A stretch of 64,000 bases of DNA from an uncultured Bacilli bacterium (GTDB lineage: Bacteria > Bacillota_I > Bacilli_A > RFN20 > CAG-449): assembly GCA_947588815.1 (NCBI GenBank), contig CANQAG010000006.1, positions 24,830-88,829 on the forward strand, written 5' to 3'. Both the position numbers and the translations under genes were made by a program. Shown here piece after piece: positions 41,201-49,269 of this stretch. Below the pieces are notes generated by a model. The model did no database searches. It was not told the origin of the DNA and saw only the letters and a program-made list of their open reading frames with translations. How positions within the stretch are numbered: position 1 is the stretch's first letter; each line of letters opens with the position of its first letter.

Positions 41201-41806
41201 TAAAATTCTATAGATTATCTTGTCGTTATCACAAAGTTCAATACATTTTGTTTCTTCGTTATATCGTGGTGTTAAACTTCCGATATTTAAACTAAAGTCA
41301 TAACTATATTCATCTTGTTTTTCTCTTACGATAATATTTTCTTTGATTCCATGAGAATGTACTTCATAGTTTAAATCTAATCCTTTTTCAAAGTTTTCAA
41401 AACTAATGGATGACTTCTCTTTCTTACTAGAAATTACTTTTCCTCTTACTTTAGAGATCTTTCCAATTTTTGATTTCTTTCCCAAAAAGTTTAAAGATAC
41501 TTCATGATTATCTTTGCTTAATTTTACAAGTTCTTTTTCATCTAGTGATTTAGCAAAATAACTCGTGAATTTCCCTTTTGTTGTTTTGAATCCATTTTCA
41601 TCTTCTTGTAATTCAAAATTACCATCTCCATTATCAATTCCGAAAGTAATTGTTTTTACTTTACCTTTAAGAGTAGAATTTGGTTTTTTAATTTTATTTT
41701 CTTTACTATTTGATGTTTCTTTTTGATTAGACACATGGGAAGCTTGCTTATTTACTTTCATTTTTTCTTCTTTTAACTCTTCTTTCGATACAACTATTTT
41801 TTTCAT
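35279..41806 (-). CDS. RHS/YD-repeat polymorphic toxin (WapA-like), 2175 aa
   Basis: Many YD repeats, core NPFRYRGYYYDEETGLFY...NNPVMYVDPSG, variable C-terminus; WapA-like N-terminal IKENI/PYMKD/VIIDPT region; no Sec signal peptide. Confidence 0.93.
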   Translation of the reverse strand: MKKIVVSKEELKEEKMKVNKQASHVSNQKETSNSKENKIKKPNSTLKGKVKTITFGIDNGDGNFELQEDENGFKTTKGKFTSYFAKSLDEKELVKLSKDNHEVSLNFLGKKSKIGKISKVRGKVISSKKEKSSISFENFEKGLDLNYEVHSHGIKENIIVREKQDEYSYDFSLNIGSLTPRYNEETKCIELCDNDKIIYRILSPYMKDSSEKTSFDCFYDIEQDGEVLNLTLIADASWINDDKRVLPVIIDPTIEVVSDVFEMTGTLYSDNRKLNLVGYQNVGGLFFSIINFRINRSTIIKNFSNLSKIFLKFYVKKVDKNISDNSKIIAICDGKTLFTIEKEDYLGEHFIDITDGFNSVTEDVMKIELKYTGRTNYNSFYVNVCTLLAEEKYRPKLNIEYLDEEDIQKIPENYYSLGRAGTTFINLKNGNFRHVHRDAKIDLKTLSYTINHVFDSSVYADKKLEITPAYMGKGWKTNLHQYLIKSDTFNQVLGSKDVTYIDGDGFAHKLHERWYYLVNGEKIFVNREDIFLDSDQKLKIMDYDGDIQEVNVEIKNDEGLSYISGMNLTSFKSNKKRKRYYLKYENFGSLEVDVDSNQNHLSFFYYNPNTGAKVWVEPKSVKRNSFGDLVGPTNQPVSIDIEFVNDVILNNNGTYSVNYKCSSFGGNADESVQNESIVIYSLEESSEEDEVIDLYVNEDITNLNLQIKQVESYIKNLELSKTISFYANLATLKNIENTLNLYAKQKQYMQNNKVFDTLSEDIQNAKKIFFNRCGDRYLEYMAKADGTTDFSTLKAYAESFGIVNSEYNPGNNENAQKLPATMVSAFNSGLQRFTDNTYRINSFLLAKTRELAKEIQDLSLEGSITTLSTRIESQSADYFNILNTLANYNQQLKDLQNKKDSLIEEQMRKANDFIVDKDGNALGFDGYGRLISILGSFENEINIDYGFDDENKGKLLYVTSGVETVKFNYDKESGLLKSLIDCSGRKTKFEYDDNNCLVSVKYNDSKTSSFIYENNIISFTSPLLETIELDLNTDNQLFVCQKCLEGKIDSNSKISALDSQKTISEEQYTFGINNITTIYDSFYKKTITYQFDNLGRLLHIKDNEYEEIVHYEKGLVKHTAKFKTDNSISTLEQFGLSGVTATKEFDLSKYRTTFKNDLPISNLLAIKLVLGSIMNEADISLSKFDIKVNVISSNENDTKIEEFKLVYQEVYNQTVILPIVIDRELSTTIQFSLSNTYDESEGSFFKSAELIKLESGTIYTYDEENHLIKKQDGTNTTVYEDYNENDIPLKVTNTNIYGDEVVTIYSYNSDRQLTNVEDSKGNVEEYYYNDKGRCIEKRIYNKKDASLMKVEKIEYDENGRLLSSKGSIKDQKGNYPTEEVTYLPNTNIQSKIKGVNGETTCYTYDFNTGNLLSISSSSAGVNNSTVFTYNYGLLTSLSHHGMKVDYTCDGRGRKTDIKLNGNDFVWNTYNDNYKNEELGIYHGKLTTATTSDGYYVDLIIDEKGKVRRTSFDSAQYYGDSVYEYDCENLVKVISNKTNRDSQDTFTEVLETSYDDYNNVTDFTKTINDDVHFYRAFMYDSKNRLSKEEISLQDGDVLQTEYQYDEDNRITTLDINGLFTINYDYDVLNRVKHQNIEIDKSSSYSSQKIELCHEYSYLQQDENSLDLVAEDRTKVIVRKESISEENKLIPIKIYMTETSKYNYDESGNIIEIDADDSLTRYQYDKLNRLVREDNPKLNKTITYKYDSAGNILLKKTYEYTLEDKLYSPKVDEYTYECDGWNDQLLFFNGKQFEYDKMGRPITYMDNLLEWESNGNLLSFMSEEVEAYYFYDANGIRRNKIVNDVETSFIVDGTRILRAITKNGILTYKYALNKLIGFNYNDGSNSKEYIYLRNIQGDIIAIYDDEGNEVGGYAYDAYGNHIITNDVDGIATLNPFRYRGYYYDEETGLFYCNSRYYSPELCRWLTPDSIEYLDPESINGLNLYCYCYNNPVMYVDPSGHFAITALIIGAIIGAAIGFGVAAYIDYKDDGKIFNGSVEWYDYLGATVVGGIIGAGVGAFAGMSFSATIPTGFALAQTSTGTMMLATTGSMTLTITGAQILDVAGIFGVTYMFFKGGLPNNKYQNKQWAEAMRQLDIKNRDLWQRLHKEIDKYPYSTHDNLKKLINLLKEILEKWGKL

Positions 41807-42318
41807 TTTGTTTCCTCCTTATTGTTATTGCTTAATATCCATCTATTTTTCGATTCACTAGTAATAACATGAGTTATTAATTCCTCTACCGGTTGATTTG
41901 GAACATGTGGCTCTTGTAGTTTTTGAATCGTTTCTTCACAATACTTAAGTTTCTCAAAAACATTCTTTTTCTTTTGATATTGCCTAATCATCGTATAGAA
42001 ACCTTTAGCCAACGTTAAAGTTAAGGTCGCTCCACTAAATAAACCGGTCAATAATGTTCCATCTAAAGTAATGGTGTGTTTCAGATAGAATTCATTTCCG
42101 AGATATAAAGCTGTATAGATTATTAAGGCTACTATTCTTCCTACCTTTGAAAGTATTTGATCCTTCTCCGTTGGATCCATTCCCTCCTTAATCACTTTTC
42201 TTTTTTTGAGAATCATTTTGATGATCCAAGTGATCAACATCGTTAAGATGCTAGATATGATGGTTACATATCCTAATTGGACAAAAAATTCATAATTCGT
42301 CAAACCTGAAAAATCCAT
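41803..42318 (-). CDS. Three-TM membrane protein, holin-like topology
   Basis: Three hydrophobic segments and a charged C-terminus; stop overlaps rhs start (ATGA); SD AAAGGAG. Confidence 0.5.
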   Translation of the reverse strand: MDFSGLTNYEFFVQLGYVTIISSILTMLITWIIKMILKKRKVIKEGMDPTEKDQILSKVGRIVALIIYTALYLGNEFYLKHTITLDGTLLTGLFSGATLTLTLAKGFYTMIRQYQKKKNVFEKLKYCEETIQKLQEPHVPNQPVEELITHVITSESKNRWILSNNNKEETK

Positions 42319-42341
42319 AATAAACACTCCTTTATACCTCG

Positions 42342-42415
42342 ATTATAATGTCGTTTTTTGTCAAAGATGGATACCGATTTTCGGTATCCCACTTGACTAT
42401 TTTTTATGTTATAAT
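42342..42415. promoter_or_regulatory. Dyad-symmetric element upstream of the holin-like/rhs unit
   Basis: Palindrome GGATACCGA-ttt-TCGGTATCC flanked on both strands by TTGAC(A/T)-N11-TATAAT. Confidence 0.55.
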
Positions 42416-42433
42416 TACGCGCGAGAAATTTTG

Positions 42434-42467
42434 AAAAAAAACGTCCAACTTGCTTAGTCGAACGTTT
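42434..42467 (-). terminator. Terminator closing the ECF-subtilase unit
   Basis: Minus strand AAACGTTCGACT-aagca-AGTTGGACGTTT-TTTTT; the mismatches are G-U pairs only on this strand. Confidence 0.75.
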
Positions 42468-42471
42468 AAGT

Positions 42472-42735
42472 TTATTGTCTTACTTTAATTCTTTCAGTTG
42501 CAATATCTATGTACTTATTAATTTTATGCATATGGACGTGCAATGCAGTATTAGAGATATTTAAAATTTCGCCAAGTTCTTTTAAAGAATATAATTGACA
42601 ATCAATATAAATATAATAAAATTCTTTACTATAAATAGTGCTATGCACACTATCATACAGAGAAAGTACTTCAAATAAATATGTCTTTAGATTTTTAGGG
42701 CAATCTCGGATATTAACATTTTTACCCTTAAGCAT
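42472..42735 (-). CDS. Small protein with sigma-70 region-4-like HTH
   Basis: YSLKELGEILNISNTALHVHMHK. Confidence 0.55.
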   Translation of the reverse strand: MLKGKNVNIRDCPKNLKTYLFEVLSLYDSVHSTIYSKEFYYIYIDCQLYSLKELGEILNISNTALHVHMHKINKYIDIATERIKVRQ

Positions 42736-42738
42736 TTA

Positions 42739-44343
42739 TTAGAATATTCGATATGCTAGTCCTATGAAATCATTTTGTACAATGTTTCCATTTTGTAATA
42801 CTTCAATCATATACACATCTGTTTTTGTGACTGTGTAATCTAAAAATTCTAGATTTTCTTCGTTTCCACTGCTACTCAATAGAATATCATCACTAGAATT
42901 TTTTATTACAATATCATAATCAGTAAATGCGATACTATCAGCATTACCATTTGAATAAGCCATCCAAGAAAGCGCAGCTCTAATACTTTGTCCGCTTTGA
43001 ACCAACTCGCCTTTTCCACCTAAATTTGATTTATTTTGAGTGTTGTGAAATTGTGTTAATCCGCCTATATTATTTATAGTTTCTTTGAAATCTATGCACC
43101 CAGCACCTATTTGATCATGTAATCCGTATGTTTGTCTATAAGCATCCGATGGAACTTTTGCATTCGCCATTAAAATCGCTCTTAATAGTGCAGGATTAGT
43201 TTGAAAAGCTGTTACCTTTTCCATCATAAGAGCGATACATCCTGTTGTTATTGCAGCAGATAGACTTGTTCCTTCTTGTGCTCCAAATGGTTTTACATTA
43301 ATACTATGACCTGGTGCAAGAATATTTGGTTTGCTTGGACCATCTTTTACAACATAAGATGAAAAAGTACGGCGATGCGCAGTAGTACTAGAACTTGCGC
43401 CAACCGTAATAACATTATAACCCAATCCTGGATTTGCAACATATTTATCTGTAGTACCAGTATTTCCAGATGAAACAACAAATGTAATTCGATATATGTT
43501 AGAAATATAATCCATATAGGCAGATTTTGATGAATAAACTCCTGTTGGCGATGCATCCCCATAGCTACAATTAATAATATTTACGTCATTATCTAGTAAC
43601 CAATCTATTTCACTTAAAGCATCCCCATTTAATTCGACACTTAATAATTTTGCCTTTGGTGCAATACCATTTTTCCCAGCTATTATGGAACCCATTATAG
43701 TTGTGTGATCTGATATGGTTTCATTATATAGCCATTCATCTCTTACAAGTACATCAGTATCTCCAAAATTTTCATGGGATTTGTCTAAAATATTAGGTTC
43801 AAGAATACCCACTGTGATACCTTTTCCTGTTAGCTCTCCTGATGTAATAGTCGATCGAACGCCAACAAATTCTTTTGCCAATTCTAGTTCTGGTTTAGTT
43901 GATTGATAATCCGTTACAATTATTTTTTCTATATTATTATCACTAGTTAAATCTAAAAGCATATTTAAATCAGTTGTTTCATCACTTTCAAAAGAAACAT
44001 AGGGTGCGTATGCAGACACATACAAGTTTGGAATTTTACCCAGTAAAGAGGACTCAACGATATCTTTATTTTTTTGTTCGTGAAATTCTCTTCCTACTTG
44101 TAATAAACGTGCATGATAATTTTCAAATGATTCATCTTCATTTAATAAAACATTGTTTTTCATTTCATAATTTAATTTTACCATTACTGATGAATTAGTA
44201 ATCTCAAAGTTACCCTCAGTAAAATTCGATTTGTTAAAGTCCTCAAAGACTATTTTACTAAGCCTAGATTCTTGCACTTTTTTATCACTTTGAATAGTAG
44301 TGAATGCTCCAATAATTAACGGAATAATAAATATAATTTTCAT
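42739..44343 (-). CDS. Secreted S8 subtilase (Glu-His-Ser type)
   Basis: Signal peptide; GKGITVGILE, DHTT, VSSGN, NVITVGA, KPNILAPG, GTSLSA. Confidence 0.88.
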   Translation of the reverse strand: MKIIFIIPLIIGAFTTIQSDKKVQESRLSKIVFEDFNKSNFTEGNFEITNSSVMVKLNYEMKNNVLLNEDESFENYHARLLQVGREFHEQKNKDIVESSLLGKIPNLYVSAYAPYVSFESDETTDLNMLLDLTSDNNIEKIIVTDYQSTKPELELAKEFVGVRSTITSGELTGKGITVGILEPNILDKSHENFGDTDVLVRDEWLYNETISDHTTIMGSIIAGKNGIAPKAKLLSVELNGDALSEIDWLLDNDVNIINCSYGDASPTGVYSSKSAYMDYISNIYRITFVVSSGNTGTTDKYVANPGLGYNVITVGASSSTTAHRRTFSSYVVKDGPSKPNILAPGHSINVKPFGAQEGTSLSAAITTGCIALMMEKVTAFQTNPALLRAILMANAKVPSDAYRQTYGLHDQIGAGCIDFKETINNIGGLTQFHNTQNKSNLGGKGELVQSGQSIRAALSWMAYSNGNADSIAFTDYDIVIKNSSDDILLSSSGNEENLEFLDYTVTKTDVYMIEVLQNGNIVQNDFIGLAYRIF

Positions 44344-44397
44344 AAAAAAACCTCCTATACTTTAATAACGATTTTAGGAGGCGAAATTTGTTGAAAT

Positions 44398-45027
44398 TTA
44401 TAAAATAAATGAAATTTGTTTTATAAGATAATCATATTCATAAACTTTTATTAATAAAAGCCCTTCCTTTAATAGCGGAATTGCATTATTCAAATTTCCC
44501 ATAATTTGCTTTTCTTCACTGCCAAATAAGCTATATATCAAATTATCTTCTTGAAAAAAATGAAATTCCAAATTCGATGTACCATCTAAAAACGAATATA
44601 TTTGATAATAATAGCTTAAAGTGAATTCACCATCATCATTAAATGAATAGCCTTTATACAGATTTATAACATAAATAGAATCTATAAAAGAAGTTTGATC
44701 TGGTAAGATTTCATAAGAATCACATACTTCATTCAAATAAACTTTTGCAGCCTCTATATATTCATTTGTGTCAACCATTACAGTATTGTGCTGAATGTTT
44801 TCAACTGGTCTATTAAGAAATAAATACTGAACCACATTAAAACCAATTGAACCAATTAACATTAAACAAATTATAGAAGCAAAAGCGATAAATGGTCTTT
44901 TTTTAAAACTAATCTTTTTCTCCTCTTTAAATTCTATTTTCCCTTCAAGCTTATTAAACGCTTCTTTAGGATCAATATCGCTACAATCATATTGGCTAAG
45001 AAGTTTTTTGATTTCACTTTTTTTCAT
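44398..45027 (-). CDS. Single-pass membrane protein, putative anti-sigma factor
   Basis: Short cytoplasmic N-terminus, one TM, extracellular domain; overlaps the sigma stop (ATGA). Confidence 0.6.
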   Translation of the reverse strand: MKKSEIKKLLSQYDCSDIDPKEAFNKLEGKIEFKEEKKISFKKRPFIAFASIICLMLIGSIGFNVVQYLFLNRPVENIQHNTVMVDTNEYIEAAKVYLNEVCDSYEILPDQTSFIDSIYVINLYKGYSFNDDGEFTLSYYYQIYSFLDGTSNLEFHFFQEDNLIYSLFGSEEKQIMGNLNNAIPLLKEGLLLIKVYEYDYLIKQISFIL

Positions 45028-45581
45028 TGATTATTCCTCCTTACATATTCTTCAATTTTTACCATCGCTTTATTTTTTAAATTTCTGCAACCATAATCGG
45101 AAATATCCATAATTTTCTGAATTTGTTGATAGGTATGGCCTTCACAATAATACAAATAAACTAACAAAAATTCTTCTGTAGTGAGATAATCTCGCAAATC
45201 TTCAAACTCAATAATAGCATCAATTTTATTTGATTCATCAGTTTGAATCTTATTTTCATCAAATGCAATAGTTTTACCATTATACTTTCTGAAATAAGAT
45301 ATCGCATGATTCTTAGCTACTTTTATTATCCAAGAGTCAAAGTAGTCTCCAGAATAGCTTTGTAATTTTCTGGGTAATTCTATAACCAACGATTGAATTA
45401 TATCTTCCACATCCTCTTTACTTCTAAACATATTATTTAAAATATTAAAGAGTTTCACATAGTATCTTCTATAAAATTCTTCGTATGCTCTTTTATCTAA
45501 AGTCATTAGTCCTTTAATAAATCTTGCCATATTCCCCAACCCTATATTTGCTATATAAAAAATGTAATAATAAGAACCCAC
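45024..45581 (-). CDS. ECF-type RNA polymerase sigma factor
   Basis: DVEDIIQ, FDSWIIKVAKNHAISYFRK, YYCEGHTYQQI; true start may be ATG 45530. Confidence 0.85.
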   Translation of the reverse strand: MGSYYYIFYIANIGLGNMARFIKGLMTLDKRAYEEFYRRYYVKLFNILNNMFRSKEDVEDIIQSLVIELPRKLQSYSGDYFDSWIIKVAKNHAISYFRKYNGKTIAFDENKIQTDESNKIDAIIEFEDLRDYLTTEEFLLVYLYYCEGHTYQQIQKIMDISDYGCRNLKNKAMVKIEEYVRRNNQ

Positions 45582-45848
45582 CCTTTAAAAAATGTAAAAT
45601 TTATTAAATTGTAATAATTATTGTCAAAATTTGCAACTTCATATTATTTTTAGACTAATAGTACGATATTATAAATTAATTTGAATTCAATCCTTATAAC
45701 TAAAATGACTTTTCGTTCTTGAAATTGCTTCTTTCAATTTTGTCTTTAATCTGATTAGTTTTATTATTAATTATAATTCTTAGTAGTTCTTTATAAAAAT
45801 CAATTCATCAATATGATTTCATTTAAAATCTTATTCATCAATATCACT

Positions 45849-45910
45849 TATATAAATAAATGAATAAAACGATAATGTAAGAACTATCTAGTTATTAACT
45901 TTTTCTTTTT
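45849..45910 (+). repeat. 62-bp direct repeat, right copy (island boundary)
   Basis: Identical to 30553-30614; includes the last codons and stop of the 280-aa gene. Confidence 0.95.
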
Positions 45911-46730
45911 GCTTATTTTCTTTATTGTTCTTTTTATTATTTTTTTGTTGTAACTTAATTTGTCGTTTTTCTTCTTTCTGCTCGCGTTTAATTTCTTCTT
46001 CTATTTCTTCAAACATTTTTCGATAAGTTTCATTCTCATCGATTAATACTTTTCGTGAGAAAACCTTATATGCTTCTTCACCGCTGATTTGGATGATAAG
46101 TAAACATATTTTTTTTATAATTATCGAAATAGAATTATCTACAATTGCTTTTTTTAACCAATGAAAAGGATTTAATAAATTAAGTGCCGACATCATAGTT
46201 TTGACTTTTTCAGGAATCTTATGTTCATTTATGGTTTTAACCGGTTTAGAATTTTTAACTTCTATTAACGAAATTACTGTCGATAATTTCATCTTTCTAA
46301 GAATCGAAAGCATACGATTGGAAAATATATTTTCAACCCGATCTGTTATATATTTACTTAATAGCACAAGTTCATCAAAGGTCAATTCTGCCATTGGATG
46401 TTTGGATTTTGGATGATACCATTTGGCGATCTGAAGAACTTCTTCTTTGACACATGAAGTAAAAGCTGTATCTTTTAAATTTGGATCTTGTATCCGATAT
46501 TTATATTCATTCTTGTAGTGTTCAATAAGTTTAATGACATCTTCATCTTTGATATCCACAAAAGTATTATCGATGATATATCGGGATTTTCTTAACGACA
46601 GCAAAGCGCTATAAAGGTATAATAAAAAAGTGATTACAATCCCTAAAGCAATGCCAGTTAAAAGGGTAATTACTAATGAAATATTTAATTCAAATTCAAT
46701 TCCAAAAATTTCAAATAAAAAATAGTTCAT
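45888..46730 (-). CDS. Hypothetical membrane-anchored protein
   Basis: 280-aa ORF with N-terminal TM, helical body, Lys-rich tail; SD AAGGAG. Confidence 0.7.
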   Translation of the reverse strand: MNYFLFEIFGIEFELNISLVITLLTGIALGIVITFLLYLYSALLSLRKSRYIIDNTFVDIKDEDVIKLIEHYKNEYKYRIQDPNLKDTAFTSCVKEEVLQIAKWYHPKSKHPMAELTFDELVLLSKYITDRVENIFSNRMLSILRKMKLSTVISLIEVKNSKPVKTINEHKIPEKVKTMMSALNLLNPFHWLKKAIVDNSISIIIKKICLLIIQISGEEAYKVFSRKVLIDENETYRKMFEEIEEEIKREQKEEKRQIKLQQKNNKKNNKENKQKEKVNN

Positions 46731-46800
46731 CGAGGATACTCCTTTATTAATTATAAAAGATTTTTCTAATCGATAAAACTATTTTTATTTTACTCAATTT

Positions 46801-49269
46801 TTAAAAAATCGCTTCGTAACCAGCTTCTTGAATTTTTTGTTTGATCACTTCGTTATCTAAAGGGTCTTTGCTTTTCAATTTGACTTCTTTAGTTTTCAAA
46901 TTGACTTCTACTTCCGTAACATTAGGCAATGACAATAAAGCATCTTTAACATGTTTAACACAATGCTCACACATCATCCCTTCAACAATAAAGTTTTTTT
47001 CCATAAATTCTTCCTCCTTTCTTATTGATGGTTTGAAACTTTTTATCCTTAAAGCGTTTAAGCAAACACAAACACTTGATAAACTCATCGCCGCCGCGGC
47101 AATCATCGGATTTAGTTTTAATCCTAATGGCTGATATAAAACTCCTGCTGCAAGCGGAATTCCAATCGCATTGTAGAAAAAAGCCCAAAAAAGATTCATC
47201 TTAATATTATTAATCGTTTTTTTGCTTAATCTAATTGCATCGATGACATCCATTAAGTCACTTCTCATTAGAATAACATCAGCCGAATCAATAGCAATAT
47301 CTGATCCGGCACCGATTGCAATGCCGATATCCGCTTTAGTCAAAGCGATTGAGTCATTTATTCCATCGCCAACCATCGCAACCTTAAATCCTTTTCTTTG
47401 TAAATCTGCAATAACTTTTTCTTTTTCTTCCGGCAACACTTCATATTTAACTTCATCTAATTCAAGTTGTTTAGCAATATAATTCGCACTTGCGGCATTG
47501 TCGCCTGTAAGCATCAATGTTTTGATACCCAATTCCTTCAGTTTTTGTATCGCTTCAATACTTGATGGTTTAATCGTATCGCTGACGTCAATTAACGCAT
47601 AAATTTTAGTCTCCGTAAATAAAACTAATAAAGTCATGCCCTCTTGTTGCATAGTAGCAAGGTCTTTTTCATCAAAAGATAGACCCTTTTCTATTGCGTA
47701 AGAATAACTGGCACAATAATATTCTTCACCTTGATAAATTCCTTTTATTCCTTTGCCGACTATCGTTTCAAAATTTGAAATCGTAGCAGTTTCAATATTA
47801 TTTTCTTTACAATAAGATACCACTGCATTTGCCAAAGGATGTGAAGACAATTGTTCCAACCCCATAATAATTGAAAGAATTTCTTGTTTGTTATTTTCTT
47901 TAAATAGAATAGTTTGAACTTTCGGTTTTCCTTCAGTTATCGTCCCGGTTTTATCGAATACAACATAAGATACATTATGTAGATTTTCTAAGGCCGTTGC
48001 TGATTTTATTAATATATGATTGGTAGCGCCTACTCCGGTGCCTACCATAATCGCTAAAGGCGTCGCTAAGCCAAGGGCACATGGGCATGAGATGACCAAA
48101 ACAGAAATTCCAATTGAAAGACTAAATTCTACAGTTGCGCCACATATTAACCAAATAATCGTGGCTATTAAACTTATTCCAATCACACATGGAACAAAAA
48201 TTCCGCTGATTTTATCTGCAAATCGTGAAATCGGAGCTTTTGATGCCGAGGCTTCCTCGACAAGTTTTACAATCGTCGCTACAGTCGAATCTTCATTTCG
48301 CTTAGTAACTTCATATTTGATGGTACCTACAGTATTTATCGATCCTGAAAAGACATTATTACCATTAGATTTATATACCGGCATACTCTCACCGCTTATC
48401 ATCGATTCATCGATAGTCGATTCTCCTTCGACAACCACTCCATCGCAAGCGATAACCATTCCAGGTTTACAAAGTAGGATATCACCGATCATGATGTTTT
48501 CAACGGGAGTTTCAATTTCGAGATTATTTTGAATTTTTAAAGCGGTTTTCGGCGAAAGGTTCATTAATTTATCTAAAGTTTCGCTCGTCTTTTTTTTCGA
48601 ACGACTCTCAAGATATTTTCCTACGGTGACCAAAGTTAAAATTGTTCCCGCCGATTCAAAATAAAGATCCATATGATAGGCTTGAACTGTTGCTAAATCT
48701 TGAACCGCTAAAGCATTTCCGATCCTGCATATCGCAAATATTCCATATACTAAAGCCGCAGTAGAGCCAATAGCCACTAAAGTGTCCATATTGGGAGATA
48801 GATGAAATAATTTTTTAAACCCGGAAATATAATATTCTCTATTATAGAAAACAATCGGAAGTACTAAGAGAAATTGAACAAAAGCAAACGTAATGATGTT
48901 CTCTTCTCCATCAATAAACGGTGGCAATGGTAATCCGATCATATGCCCCATCGATACATACATTAATAAAATTAAAAAGCAAATCGAAACCAAAAGACGT
49001 TCCTTGGTTTTTTTGGCACTTTCATCGTATTTTTTTAATTCACTTGATTCTTGGTGTTTTTTTTGATCTACTCCATATCCTGCTTTAGAAACAGCATTGA
49101 TTAAATTATCGATATCACATATTTGCTCGTCGAAAGATACTTTTGCACTATTAGTTAAAAGATTAACTTCTGCGCTTATAACTCCCTCAACCTTTTTTAA
49201 AGATTTTTCAACGGTGCTTGAACAGGCTGAACAAGTCATCCCTGTAATTTTTAGTCTTACTTCCGTCAT
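46801..49269 (-). CDS. copA: Copper-translocating P1B-type ATPase with N- and C-terminal HMA domains
   Basis: GMTCSAC, CPCALGLA, DKTGT, SHP, GDGIND, YN, MSLSS; C-terminal GMMCEHC. Confidence 0.93.
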   Translation of the reverse strand: MTEVRLKITGMTCSACSSTVEKSLKKVEGVISAEVNLLTNSAKVSFDEQICDIDNLINAVSKAGYGVDQKKHQESSELKKYDESAKKTKERLLVSICFLILLMYVSMGHMIGLPLPPFIDGEENIITFAFVQFLLVLPIVFYNREYYISGFKKLFHLSPNMDTLVAIGSTAALVYGIFAICRIGNALAVQDLATVQAYHMDLYFESAGTILTLVTVGKYLESRSKKKTSETLDKLMNLSPKTALKIQNNLEIETPVENIMIGDILLCKPGMVIACDGVVVEGESTIDESMISGESMPVYKSNGNNVFSGSINTVGTIKYEVTKRNEDSTVATIVKLVEEASASKAPISRFADKISGIFVPCVIGISLIATIIWLICGATVEFSLSIGISVLVISCPCALGLATPLAIMVGTGVGATNHILIKSATALENLHNVSYVVFDKTGTITEGKPKVQTILFKENNKQEILSIIMGLEQLSSHPLANAVVSYCKENNIETATISNFETIVGKGIKGIYQGEEYYCASYSYAIEKGLSFDEKDLATMQQEGMTLLVLFTETKIYALIDVSDTIKPSSIEAIQKLKELGIKTLMLTGDNAASANYIAKQLELDEVKYEVLPEEKEKVIADLQRKGFKVAMVGDGINDSIALTKADIGIAIGAGSDIAIDSADVILMRSDLMDVIDAIRLSKKTINNIKMNLFWAFFYNAIGIPLAAGVLYQPLGLKLNPMIAAAAMSLSSVCVCLNALRIKSFKPSIRKEEEFMEKNFIVEGMMCEHCVKHVKDALLSLPNVTEVEVNLKTKEVKLKSKDPLDNEVIKQKIQEAGYEAIF

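Larger units (their letters stand above)
30553..45910. mobile_element. ~15.3 kb genomic island (RHS polymorphic toxin locus plus ECF-subtilase module)
   Basis: Flanking 62-bp direct repeats, visibly more AT-rich and CG-poor sequence than the flanks, accessory genes and pseudogene fragments; no intact integrase. Confidence 0.85.

Noticed and set aside
41803-42318. Prophage interpretation of the holin-like gene
   Set aside because: No endolysin, structural, terminase or phage replication genes are nearby.
30553-45910. Repeats considered as a CRISPR array or a DGR template/variable pair
   Set aside because: There is no regular repeat-spacer period, no cas or reverse transcriptase gene, and the mismatches are not clearly adenine-specific.
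46801-47010. Extra C-terminal HMA domain on CopA
   Set aside because: A common architecture in gut Firmicutes copper ATPases.
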